Below, piece by piece: positions 1 to 11,379 of a stretch of 64,000 bases of DNA (positions are counted from its first letter, which is position 1; every line of letters starts with the position of its first letter). Origin of the DNA: Stegostoma tigrinum (Eukaryota); assembly GCF_030684315.1 (NCBI RefSeq), contig NC_081360.1, positions 31,727,818 through 31,791,817 of the forward strand. The letters are read 5' to 3'. Below the pieces are notes generated by a model. It did not search any database and was not told the DNA's origin. It saw nothing but the letters and a program-made list of their open reading frames with translations. A program made the position numbers and the translations under genes.

Positions 1-1170
1 TCCTTAATGAGTTGGAAATTGGCCAGTGAAAGCAGCTGGAAGACAGGGTTTACGGCGATTATTTAAGTTGAAAGAAGCTCACATTCAAAAATAGCTTATT
101 TAATTTTTTTCTAACTTTGCTCTCCTTCTGACAAGGTGATTTTTTTGATAGACCCCTTGAAACTTTCAGGCTAACTGTCTATGTACCCCGACTGAGTCGT
201 CTTCTTGGGAATATAGGTTGGCCACAGACTGACTGGCAGTCGCTGTGCGGCAACTTTACATAAGGCCAGGCAGAAGACACAAAAATGGAGAAATATACCA
301 TTGTGTTCTGATGTAAGTAATTTTTTTTAAAAAGTTGTAATGTTTGGAACACTCATTGCAATCATTTTTAGTTGTTTTAGCTATGTACTTATGTAGGTAT
401 GCAGAAAATGTTAATTAGCACTGTTAAATCGTTGTCAGATTTTAGCTGTTACTCTTCAGAAATGAGGTTAAATGGGTCTTACAAATAATAATGCTGATCA
501 GTTTATTTGTTAAAAGACTGTAAAGGACGATAACAGATGTATTTGATACATTTAATGTTGTATTGTTTGTTTAGTGTTACAGAGGAAATCATGTACTAAG
601 ACATGTAGTATAAATTACGGGTAGTTGAGAACAGGTGGTAAAGCTGGAGTTTGGTCTCAGCATTCAAATGATATGATTGAAACCTTAAAAATGAAATCAC
701 AGCCTGACATTATTTTGAATATATATACATTATGATTTTAATGGAATTACAATAATATACTGCAGTACTTAGACTCAGTAATAATTCTGATATCATCACT
801 ACAGAGTGACATCCTCAAGCAATGATTGTCAGAAGTATTCAATGGAAAAGTCACTTTGCAGTTGATGAACAAAATTATAATGTTATGACTGTAGTTATTA
901 GGTCCATGTATTCTAAACATTATCTGAAGACTTTTTAATTATTGTATGCTGTAGTACAGTGCTTAAGGTTGTATTATTTGCCCTGCTCTGGTATTTCTTA
1001 ATGTAACTTGTTTTCCATTATAATTTTTAATAATTTTTATAATGTGTTCTGTTTGCATATTCAAAGCTGCAAAAATGTAAATGTAATATGTCCAAGTAAA
1101 TATTCTGACACTTCTTAAAATCTTCAGGTAGAAATAATAAAGAATAAAAGTTCGAACTCTATAAAGCCAT
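1..1170 (+). other. Probable 3' end/3'UTR of an unidentified plus-strand gene
   Basis: AT-rich, repeat-free UTR-like tract ending in tandem AATAAA (1136-1141, 1143-1148). Possible coding ends are ...LNELEIGQ* (TGA 27-29) or an exon 136-263 after a pyrimidine tract+AG (DFFDRPLETFRLTVYVPRLSRLLGNIGWPQTDWQSLCGNFT*). Gene not recognised. Confidence 0.35.
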
Positions 1171-2329
1171 GTGAAACATTGCAGTGACTAGGTACTACTC
1201 AATATACCTTTTACGATTATTACATGAGAAAAAACAGAAATCCACAAAATAACACTGAATATGTACATGCTAACCTTGCTGAATAATTTCAAAATAGACA
1301 ATTTATATTTTCTTTCACACTGCAAGCATAAAAATAATGCAACAGAGACTCAACTTCCGAAATAAAAATCAAAAAATGCTGGAAACACAAAAGAGAGAGA
1401 GAGAGAAACAGAGTTAATTAGCAGAAGGTTTTAAGGGGCCTGAACAACTGAGGCTATGGTGAGAGATGTAGCAGAAACTTGTATGAAGTCGTACAAGGCC
1501 TTTCTCGACATCAACAACATCTCACTGTATCTTTTATGCATCTACCAGGCAGCAGGAAGAGTTCCTTGATAGACAGTGGCAAGATGCCAATTAGGCAGCA
1601 TTACAGCTTGTCAAACACCCAATTAATGGCTGTCTTACCTGATTAATATTCAGTTTCCTATCTTACAAAAAATGCAAAATATTGAGACGTCAAGAATTCT
1701 CGACATGGACATCAGAGCGCCACTGCCAGCGAATAACCACCGTGTTGCTCAGCACCAACAGCATCTCAAGGCACAATCCACAGGGACTAACCGAAGTGTC
1801 CCTTGTCCATGGACATTCGCAACGAACATTTGGCATGGTTTCTCTTTGCATTTTTCAGAGCCACTTGCTGGAAACTCATGCGCACAAACCCACATCGCAG
1901 AGCGCCCTAGGAGTTTGGACTGAAAGGCTTTGTGAAAATGAACAGGCATCCAGCTCATTGATTCCTAGCTGCATGTATCCATATCTTGCATTGCTTTCCC
2001 TGTTAGCACTTTGATGCATCAGCCAGAGCTGAAGCCTATTGGTGCTGCCATTTTATTTTGCGCAAACAGGCAGCTTGACATGCCTGTCATTTGGGATCTA
2101 TTCAGGGTTGAGTACACTGAAGTGTCAGTCTAACACTTAAAATATATGGCACCTGCTTGGGTGGCAAACTCACAACATAACTTCATTCAAATTACTATGT
2201 TGGAAAGTGGGTGTGGACTAGTCCTCAGCCAAGCCATGGGTACGGCAGGTGGAGCACTGTCTTTGTCAGGGGCTTCTAGTACCGTCATTTGGGTCAGAAT
2301 CTGCACAGAGTCCAGGGGTTTGGCCAGAG

Positions 2330-3460
2330 TCAGTTGTCTGCTAAAGCAAGGCATGGTCAGCAGATATATCTGACTACAGACTGGGGAGAGGGCAACGGAT
2401 AGCCCTGTAATGCCATCACATGCTGTTAAGGAAGTGTGTAATATTCATCAGAAGGCTGTAAGCACAGTGGTCAGGATGTGATCAGTCATACCTAGCAACT
2501 GTTCATCAAAAGACATTAATCTATGATCTGGGTCAAATACAGTTTTTGGGGTGCTTATATTGATCTTTTGTGGGTGTGTGGAATGGCGTCCTGGCGTGGT
2601 GAAGGGATTGGGGTTGGGCTGGAAGGAAGAGATGGAGACAGGCGTTGTGACAAAGGAAACGCTACATGTATGGGTTTGGCAGAACAGCATTGGAGGAAAT
2701 GGTAGGCTATGGTAGGGTTATGTAATGGGCAATTACAACTACTGTGGCCTCCACAGAACGTGCATAGAGGATTAGCATGGTTATAATTATTGTCACAGTT
2801 GAGAGTAAAGGGAGGACAGTTTGTACTTTGCCTTGATATGGGTTTGAAAGCAAGTTTTGGCCAATACTTTATCAAACAGGAGGACGGAGGTAGAAATCAG
2901 TGAAGGTGAACAAGTGAAAGATTAAAATGGAAATCCCATCTGAGAGAAGAGCAGAACTTCTTTAAGGTTGGCAAATGTGGAGAAGTGGCAGTAAATTAAA
3001 CACTTAAATATAAGCAAAATACTGCAGATTCTGGAAATCTGAAATTAAAACAAGAAGTGCTGGAGAAACTCAACAGATCTGCCAGCATCAGTGGAGAGAG
3101 AAGCAAAAGTAACGTTTCAAGTCCAATACGATCTTTAGAACCAAAAAGAGTTGGAAAATGCTGGGGTGGGGCAAGGAGGATGGAAGAAAAATAGGGGGCA
3201 GAGGTGTCATAATCTGAATGTGTGGAATTCAGTATTGAGCCCCAGACATTATTATGTACCCAAGTGGAAAATAAGTTGTTGTTCCTTAAGTTTGCATTGA
3301 ACTTCATTGGATAATGTAGTATGCGCAAGATCTGAGGGAGTTTGGACAGACACCTGAGAGAGTACAGAAGACGAACAGAGAAAAAGAAATTGAAGTTGAA
3401 AAAAGAGTAATGTTGAGCAGAAGGAGGCTTGAAAAGGGAGGAATAAATAAGACAAGGGCC
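2330..3460 (-). mobile_element. Old degraded Penelope-like element fragments
   Basis: Minus-strand remnants resemble the RT motif (RLMSFD) and GIY-YIG C-terminus (LKEQQLIFHLGT). 3013-3140 resembles the pLTR tails found elsewhere in the window. Confidence 0.5.
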
Positions 3461-3759
3461 TGAGAAAGAAGAGTACTTGGTGTGTAGTGAAAACCTTCAG
3501 AGGAAGGGCAATAAGGGGGACAGAAAAGAATGTGAGTAACTAGCAAGAGGAAGAGAAATAGTGTGGGGAATGGTGGAGGGAAAACAAAGAGAGCTTTAGA
3601 GTTGGATGATGAGAAGAGGGAAAACCTATACAGAGTGGACTTAGAGGTACAGAGAGAAAGCTTTACGCCAGTCAGATTTGCAAAGAAAGGTTATTGAGGA
3701 TGACAGAAGAATTTATGATAGAAGGCAGATCCATTCAGTTCCACTAAACCGAATAATGG

Positions 3760-3875
3760 AGGGCTCTTGTGGCACAGTTGTGGTGTCCCTATCTCTGGGT
3801 CAGAAGACCTAGATTCAGGATCCACCAGCTCCAAAGGTGTGTCATAACATCTCTGAAGAAGTTGGTTTAAAAATA
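3760..3875 (+). mobile_element. Short tRNA-derived SINE
   Basis: A/B-box-like head. A related copy lies at about 55229-55340. Confidence 0.5.
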
Positions 3876-4094
3876 CAATGATATTACAAGTGCTCATATG
3901 AATTGGTGCACATATACTCTTCCCATCCCACCACCTATTTGTATCTTCGACTGACCTTGTATTAAAGGAATAGACAAAGATAGTGATGGAGAAAATCCAA
4001 ATTCAGAAAGAGAGATTAAGAGATCGACAAAGAAACAGTAAAAGCAAAACAGAAAGAGCTGAAAATAATTAAAGCCCAGTCTGCTTTGAAAGTG

Positions 4095-5350
4095 ATTAGG
4101 GATAGTCCGCATAGTTTTGTTTGAGCGAAATCATGCTTCACAAACTCAATTGAGTTTTTTGAGGAAGTATCCAAAAAGCTTGGTGAGGTTGGTGGAGTAG
4201 ATGGTGTTTACTTGTACTTTAGTAAAGCATTTGATAAGGTTCCACATGGTCAGCTAATTAATAAAGTTAGATCACATGGGATTCAGGGTGGGTTGCCAAT
4301 TGGATACAATATTGGCTTTATGATAGGAGACAGAGGGTGGTGGTCTTGGAAGCTTGTTTTTCACACTGTAGGCCTGTGACAAGAGGTGTTTCATTGGGAT
4401 TGGTACTGGCTCCACTTTTGCCTGTAATTTAATAATTTGGATGAAATATAGGAAGTACGGGTAGTAAGTTTGCAGATGACACCAAAATAGGTGGCTTAGT
4501 AGTCAATGAAGAAGGTTATCTAAGATTACAAAGAGATCTTAATCAGTTGTGTTAATGAGCTGAGGAGTGGCAAATGAAATTTAATTTTGCATTTTGGTAA
4601 AACAAACAAGGGCAGGACTTATACAATTAATGGTAGTGCCCTGGGCAGTGTTGTAGAACACCTCGAGATTCAGGTATATATTTCTTTGAAATATATGTCA
4701 CAGGTCAGCAGGGCAGTTAAGAAAGTGTTTAGCAGACTTGCCTTCATTGCTCAGATCTTTGAGTGTAGCAGTTGTGACGTCATATTGCGGTTTTACAGGT
4801 CATTGGTGAGATCTGCTTTGGTGTATGACGTGCCTACTAAGGTCGCCCTGTTATAAGGAGGATATTATTAAACAGGAGAGGATTCAGAAAAGATTCACTA
4901 GCATGTTGCGGGGATTAGAGGATTTGAGTTATAACATAGGCTGGGACTTCTTTCACTGGAGTATAGGAGGTTGAGGGGTGACTTATGGAGGTTTATAAAA
5001 TCATGAAGGGTATAGATAAGGTGAATAGCAAAGATCTTTTCTGTAAGGTGGGGGTGTTCAAAAGTAGGGGACATATTTTTAAGGTGGAAGGACAGAGATT
5101 TGAAAAGGACAATGGTCAACTTTTTTATAGAAGAGAATCATTAGTGTGTGGAATGAATTGCCAGAGAAAGTGGTGGATGCAGGTACAGTTACAACGTTTA
5201 AAGACATTTAGATAAGTACATGAATCAGAAAGGTTTGGAGGAATACGGGCCAAATGCAGGCAAGTGAGACTAATTTAGTTTGGGAACATGGTCTGCATGG
5301 GCTATTTGGACCAAAAGGTCTGTTTCCATGCTATGACTATGACTCTATGA
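4095..5350 (+). mobile_element. 5'-truncated CR1 LINE (RT C-terminal region and 3'UTR), degenerate
   Basis: Fragments read SKAFDKVPH, KFADDTKIGG, MHFGKTN, LYRSLVRS and MEVYKIMKGIDKV. It ends in a CR1-type tandem tail (ctatgactatgactctatga). Confidence 0.9.
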
Positions 5351-6129
5351 ATTAGAATGAATTTGAAGAGACTACTCAATTGGAATGTACAAATTAACTG
5401 TGAAGCTTTTGTGCAGAAATGGTACAAACAATTTAAGGCAGAAAGCAGATTTACTATTAAAACCACATCCAAAACTTCCTTTCTGAGCTGGGCCACTCTA
5501 CTATTATTTTTGCAAGAATAATATTTTGTTAAGTCCCTCATGATTGACACACATTGAATATCATAAGGTGAATTTAATTGCACAGTAGTTATGTACTGGT
5601 TGTCACAGAATGCCAATTCTTGTTTATTATGTGCAAGTATCATTTTAACAATACAATAAGTGTAAATTATCAACAATTAACTCTATGGCACTGAATTTTA
5701 GCTAATACTATTTCATTCCATAAGATATTAACTATTGGACATTCAAAAAAGTAAGAAAAATGCATTTCCTTTCTGTCCTTTTGGCTTTTTCTTCCCAATT
5801 CATCATTGAATTTGCACCTTCTATACTTCCGTCCCATTATTTCTGCTGTCTATTTCTCAATTCTTCAATTTGATTGGTTAAGGAGATGCGTCTTTCCATG
5901 GTCCATTCACTCAGCTCCAAGGTGATTGATCCATTTCCTGTGCTCTGCTGTTGTCAGTAGATTCAGCAGCTTGTCGCACAAAAAAATGTTTAAATTTAAA
6001 CCGATTTCTCAAAGTTGGAGAAGGCCATTTTGCCCTTTAAACCTGCTTGCTATTCAACACAATCATGGGTGATCTTCAAGCCCAACTCAACTTTCCTGCA
6101 CTGTCCTTGTACCCCTTCACTGCACATCT

Positions 6130-6633
6130 CCCTGCTGGGATATTGGTGCCTGTCCAGTTCAGGTGCAATCCATCCTTCTTATACACCTGCCCTGAAAGAC
6201 ATCCCAATGACCCACATACCTGAAGCCCTCCCTCCTACAGTAGCTCTTTAACCACATATTTAGCTGTACTATCTTCCTGTTCCTAACCTCACTGGCATGT
6301 GGCACAGTAAGTAATTCTGAGGTTACAACCTAGAGGTCATGCTTTTCAACTTCCTATCCAACTCCCTGAATTCCTTTTGCAGGACCTCATCTCTGCACCT
6401 GTTTTTGCTACCAATATGGACCACAGCCTTTGGCTGCTCACCCTTCCCCTTCAGAATTTCCTGTGCCCACTCAGAAACATCTTTGACCCAGGCACTGGGG
6501 AGCAACTCACCATCCTAAAATCCCGCAACCACAGAAATGTCTACTGTGCACTTGACTCTAGAGTCCCTATCATTACTGCTTGCTGAGACTTCAACTCTCC
6601 CTGCTGTACAACTGTACCAGTTGTGGTGCCACT
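6130..6633 (-). mobile_element. CR1 ORF1 (SGNH esterase-like) relic, distal part, split by a Penelope insertion
   Basis: ORF 6323-6505 (LPSAWVKDVSE...GEQPKAVVHIG...DEVLQKEFRELDRKLKS) matches the CR1 ORF1 esterase pattern. It continues after 8731. Confidence 0.75.
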
Positions 6634-6730
6634 GATAATGGGAACTGCAGATGCTGGAGAATCCAAGATAATAAAGTGTGAAGCTGGATGAACACAGCAG
6701 GCCAAGCAGCATCCCAGGAGCACAAAAGCT

Positions 6731-6758
6731 GACTTTTCGGGCCTAGACCCTTCATCAG
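6731..6758 (-). ncRNA. Minimal hammerhead ribozyme motif in Penelope pLTR (mutated stem III)
   Basis: The reverse complement reads CTGATGA-AGGGTCTAGGCCC-GAAA-AGTC. Confidence 0.6.
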
Positions 6759-8204
6759 AGAGGGGGATGCGGAGAGGGTTCTGGAATAAATAGGGAGAGA
6801 GGGGGAGGTGGACCGAAGATGGAGAGAAAAGAAGATAGGTGGAGAGGTAGTGAGGGGATAGGTCAGTCCAGGGAAGACGGACAGGTCAAGGAGGTGGATT
6901 GAGGTTAGTAGGTAGGAGATGGAGGTGCGGCTCGGGGTGGGAGGAAGGGATGGGTGAGAGGAAGAACAGGTTAGGGAGGCAGAGACAGGCTGGGCTGGTT
7001 TTGGGATGCAGTGGGGGGAGGGGACAAACTGGGCTGGTTTTGGGATGCGGTGGGGGAAGGGGAGATTTTGAAGCTGGGGAAGTCCACATTGATACCATTG
7101 GGCTGCAGGGTTCCCAAGCGGAATATGAGTTGCTGTTCCTGCAACCTTCGGGTGGCATCATTGTGGCACTATAGGAGGTCCATGATGGACATGTCATCTA
7201 AAGAATGGGAGGGGGAGTTAAAATGGTTCACGACTGGGAGGTGCAGTTGTTTATTGCGAACCGAGTGGAGGTGTTCTGCAAAGCGGTCCCCAAGCCTCCG
7301 CTTGGTTTCCCCAATGTAGAAGAAGCCACACTGGGTACAATGGATACAGTATACCACATTGGCAGATGTGCAGGTGAACCTCTACTTAATATGGAAAGTC
7401 ATCTTGGGGCCTGGGATAGGGGTGAGGGAGGAGGTGTGGAGGCAAGTGTGGCATTTCCTGCAGTTGCAGGGGAAGGTGCCGGGTGTGGTTCCCCCCACAG
7501 TGGTCGAGAACGCCCTTGACCGTGTCTCCCGCATTTCCCGCAACACATCCCTCACACACCGCCCCCACCACAACCGCCCCAAGAGGATCCCCTTCGTTCC
7601 CACACACCACCCCACCAACCTCCGGATACAACGCATCATCCTCCGACACTTCCGCCATCTACAATCCGAGCCCACCACCCAAGACATTTTTCCATCCCCA
7701 CCCCTGTCTGCTTTCCGGAGAGACCACTCTCTCCGTGACTTCCTTGTTCGCTCCACACTGCCCTCCAACCCCACCACACCCAGCACCTTCCCCTGCAACC
7801 ACAGGAAATGCCACACTTGCCCCCACACCTCCTCCCTCACCCCTATCCCAGGCCCCAAGATGACTTTCCATAATAAGCAGAGGTTCACCTGCACATCTGC
7901 CAATGTGGTATACTGTATCCATTGTACCCGGTGTGGCCTCCTCTACATTGGGGAAACCAAGCGGAGGCTTGGGGACCGCTTTGCAGAACACCTCTGCTCA
8001 GTTCGCAATAAACAACTGCACCTGCCAGTCGCGAACCATTTCAACTCCCCCTCCCATTCTTTAGATGACATGTCCATCATGGGCCTCCTACAGTGCCACA
8101 ATGATGCCACCCGAAGGTTGCAGGAACAGCAACTCATATTCCGCTTGGGAACCCTGCAGCCCAATGGTATCAATGTGGACTTCACCAGCTTCAAAATCTC
8201 CCCT

Positions 8205-8392
8205 TCCCCCACTGCAATTCAAAACCAGCCCAGTTCGTCCCCTCCCCCCACTGCACCACACAACCAGCCCAGCTCTTCCCCTTCCCCCACCGCATCCCAA
8301 AACCAGCCCAGTTCGTCCCCTCCCCCCACTGCATCACACAACCAGCCCAGCTCTTCCCCTCCCCCCACTGCATCCCAAAACCAGCCCAGCCC
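8205..8392 (+). repeat. 39-bp tandem repeat (13-aa NQPSSSPPPTASQ-like unit, about 5 copies)
   Basis: Repeated AACCAGCCCAG...CCCCCACTGCA units, visible in the translation of ORF 7359-8408. Confidence 0.9.
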
Positions 8393-8638
8393 GTCTCTGC
8401 CTCCCTAACCTGTTCTTCCTCTCACCCATCCCTTCCTCCCACCCCAAGCCGCACCTCCATTTCCTACCTACTAACCTCATCCCACCTCCTTGACCTGTTC
8501 GTCTTCCCTGGACTGACCTATCCCCTCCCTACCTCCCCACCTATACTCTCCTCTCCACCTATCTTCTTTTCTCTCCATCTTCGGTCCGCCTCCCCCTCTC
8601 TCCCTATTTATTTCAGAACCCTCACCCCATCCCCCTCT

Positions 8639-8666
8639 CTGATGAAGGGTCTAGGCCCGAAACATC
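8639..8666 (+). ncRNA. Minimal hammerhead ribozyme motif in Penelope pLTR
   Basis: CTGATGA-AGGGTCTAGGCCC-GAAA-CATC (CGTC changed to CATC, consistent with CpG decay). Confidence 0.6.
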
Positions 8667-8730
8667 AGCTTTTGTGCTCCTGAGATGCTGCTTGGCCTGC
8701 TGTGTTCATCCAGCTTCACACTTTATTATC

Positions 8731-9130
8731 GTGGTGCCACTGATCTGGCTGCTATTGCTGCTTTCATCTGAAAGGCCATCCCTCCCCCTCCCCAACCTCT
8801 AACAGTATCCAAAACAGTTTACCTGTTTGAGCAGGGGCTCCTACAGTGTCTGCCCATGCTTACTTGTCTTCCTGGTGGTCACCCAACTCTTCTCTGTCTG
8901 TCTAGCCCTTACAGATGATGTGACCAACTTGCTAAATGTGCTATCCATGACATTCTCAGCCTCATGGATGCTCCATTGTGAATCCATCCTCAGCTCTAGC
9001 CTCTCCATGCAAATCAGGAGCTGCAGATGAACACATTTCCTGAACATGTGGTCACCATGGACACCGGATGTGACCCTGATTTCTCACATACTGCAAGAGG
9101 AGCATTCCATGGGCCTGAGTTCTCCTGCCA
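8731..9130 (-). mobile_element. CR1 ORF1 N-terminal relic (continuation of 6130-6633)
   Basis: ORF 8841-9047 (CVHLQLL...RLELRMD...EAENVMDSTFSKLVT...WVTTRK) resembles the CR1 ORF1 Cys/leucine-zipper region. Confidence 0.65.
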
Positions 9131-9384
9131 TTTTGAGCCTTACCAACTAAAATCAACCTTATCAACTATAGCAACAGTCCAGAAACTGATTACACAACCT
9201 AATCCAATAGTCACCAAACTCAGGTCTTTCACTCCTAACAGACTACAACTACAAAAAGTAAGTCCTCATCTCATTAAGATTCTGCTTGTCCCTGAGCAGC
9301 CAAGCCTACGTCACTTTTTGAGTCATGATATCGGCTCCAGAGTTCCACCCCTAGATTCAGCTCCATGTTTACTCTGATGACTGG

Positions 9385-9647
9385 CACAGTGTGAAAGAGG
9401 TAGTTTGCCCCATTAAGTGTGCACCAATCCACAGACAGATTCCCCCCCCAGACCCAGCCTTCCATCCTATTCCTGTATTTACCATGGCCAATCCATCTAA
9501 CATGCACGTTTTTTGGACTGTGGGAGGAAATCGGATCACTGAGCAGAAGCAGGGAGAACGTGCAAACTCCACACACACTGTCAGCCAAAGCTGGAATTAA
9601 ACCTGGTGCTGTGAGGCAGCAGTACTGACTGCTGAGCCACCTTGCCA
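9385..9647 (-). mobile_element. HE1/V-SINE-like element
   Basis: Reverse complement has a GGTGGCTCAG head and the TGTGGAGTTTGCACGTTCTCC V-domain. Confidence 0.85.
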
Positions 9648-10663
9648 CTCACAGCACTAGGTTCTCTCTTTCAAGTCATGCTTCAGCAAGACATAGCCAG
9701 TTTATCTTTTCAATCAATGTAGCAAAAGTCAATGGGAAATCATGTTCTTTCAAATTCTGGAAAATTGCAGCAACTCTTATCAGTCTGTGACGTCAAAGTC
9801 CCACAAGAGCCAAGTAGCAGATTACACAAAATTTGTAAAATGAAGTAAATAGCTAAAAGCTTGTAATAAACTTTGAGAAAGCTTTGAAAAGTTGCTGCAA
9901 GGTGGATACTGTGGCATGTTTGTGCACTGGTCTTTGAAGGTGGCAGACCAGATTAACAAAGCAGATATAAATAGAGGCCAAAAGCCAGGAAGTTATATGT
10001 AAAATTTGTATCAAACAATTATTTAGAATATTGGGCAGAATTTGCTCATCTTAAATTAGTGTTTAGTTAAGATTCAAGGTTTAAAGCAACTTTTCTTGCC
10101 AAAAATTGTAAATGCCACCATCAGACCATTTATTACCTTTGGAATTGTGCCCTGTACCCCTAAATCCAAGTATTAGAAGTTCAAGTGATCGTACTACTGA
10201 GTGGCATAAGAGGATATGCAGGAACTATTCTAGCCATTGTCATAATCTTTCCTCATGGTCAAATTATTCAATTAGTGCTATAAAACAACAGAAGTAGAAA
10301 TTGTATAAAGATCTAACTACTTATTTGTCTGTGCAAATTACTCACGTGTTCTTCAGATCTGAAATTTCAGTTGATCTGCATAAATTCATGATAAACTCAG
10401 TTCAAGGATTTAACTTCACAGTGACATATGATCTCCAAGCCAAGGGGGAGAAAAGTCACATTTTCATTATCAGTACTATAACATATCACTCTTAGCACAA
10501 TACAGTTACTACCTTACATTGTAAGGTCAATACCACTTGAATAAATCAAATATGCAGTTGAGTAATCCCAATTATAGAACCACTAAACTGTGACACTTCC
10601 CTTTCACCCCCACTTCATCTCTGGCCAAAAGCTTTATATTCACATTAATCTATTTATATCGGT

Positions 10664-10983
10664 GGGGCAGCGTGGTGGCTCAGTGTTAGCACTGCTGTCT
10701 CACAGCGCCAGGGAGCCGAGTTTGTCTCCAGCCTCAGGTGACTCTCTGTGTGGAGTTTGCACATTCTCCTTGTGTCTGTGTGGGTTTCCTCCCACAGTCC
10801 AAAGATGTAAGTGAATTGGCTATGCTCAATTGCCCATAGTGCCCAAGGATGTTTAGGTTAGGTGGGTTAGACATGGGAAATGTAGGAGAATTGATCTGCG
10901 TGGGATGCTCTTCGGAGGGGCAGTGTGAGGTCATTGGGCCAAATGACCTGTTGCCACACTGTAAGGATTCTATGATTCTATGA
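10664..10983 (+). mobile_element. HE1/V-SINE-like element
   Basis: tRNA-like head GGTGGCTCAGTGTTAGCACTGCTG, V-domain TGTGGAGTTTGCACATTCTCC and a CR1-type GATTCTAT tail. Confidence 0.9.
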
Positions 10984-11379
10984 AGTATCAGTTTAAGAAT
11001 ATTAGCAACAACGAAGGAGTATGTTAACGGCAGTTTGGACTGAAATTACAAGTAACTGTAGTTAAGGCATAAACTTGATTGACTAGATTCAAAAACACAA
11101 ATTGCATTCATGAACCAACTCTCATGACTTCAGATAACAGAAGATTTGGAAGAGATGAACAGTATGCAGTGACAGCAATATAATATCAGCTATGATAGAC
11201 GCAGGAGAAGGATATAGTGTGGTCAGCAGTCCATACCGTAGAGAAGGTAAACTCAGAGAGAACATGAGGACACAGGAAAGAAAGATGCTGATTCAGACAA
11301 TGAACATAGGTAACCTTGATTTGGTTGCTAAAGGCAGGGACAGATAGCCAGATAGTGACAAAGTCCATGCGCACTCACA

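Larger units (their letters stand above)
6634..8730. mobile_element. Penelope-like element (Neptune-type) with inverted fold-back structure
   Basis: A minus copy (6634-7489) and a plus copy (7490-8730) encode a Cys linker (CNHRKCHTCPH) and GIY-YIG (VVYCIHCTRCGLLYIGETKRRLGDRFAEH). TSD GTGGTGCCACT(GAT) at 6623 and 8731. Confidence 0.93.

Noticed and set aside
1391-1407. (AG)n tract; also (GGGGAT)3 near 59150
   Set aside because: Ordinary microsatellites.
1672-2373. Short ORFs in a moderately GC-rich tract
   Set aside because: No recognisable domain or splice framework. Possibly an ancient transposon relic but not supportable.
8205-8392. CRISPR-like periodicity
   Set aside because: Contiguous tandem units with no unique spacers, in a eukaryotic retroelement.
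6886-8493. Many overlapping ORFs on both strands (also at 24129-25542)
   Set aside because: Alternative and antisense frames of GC-skewed Penelope sequence and its inverted copy, not genes.
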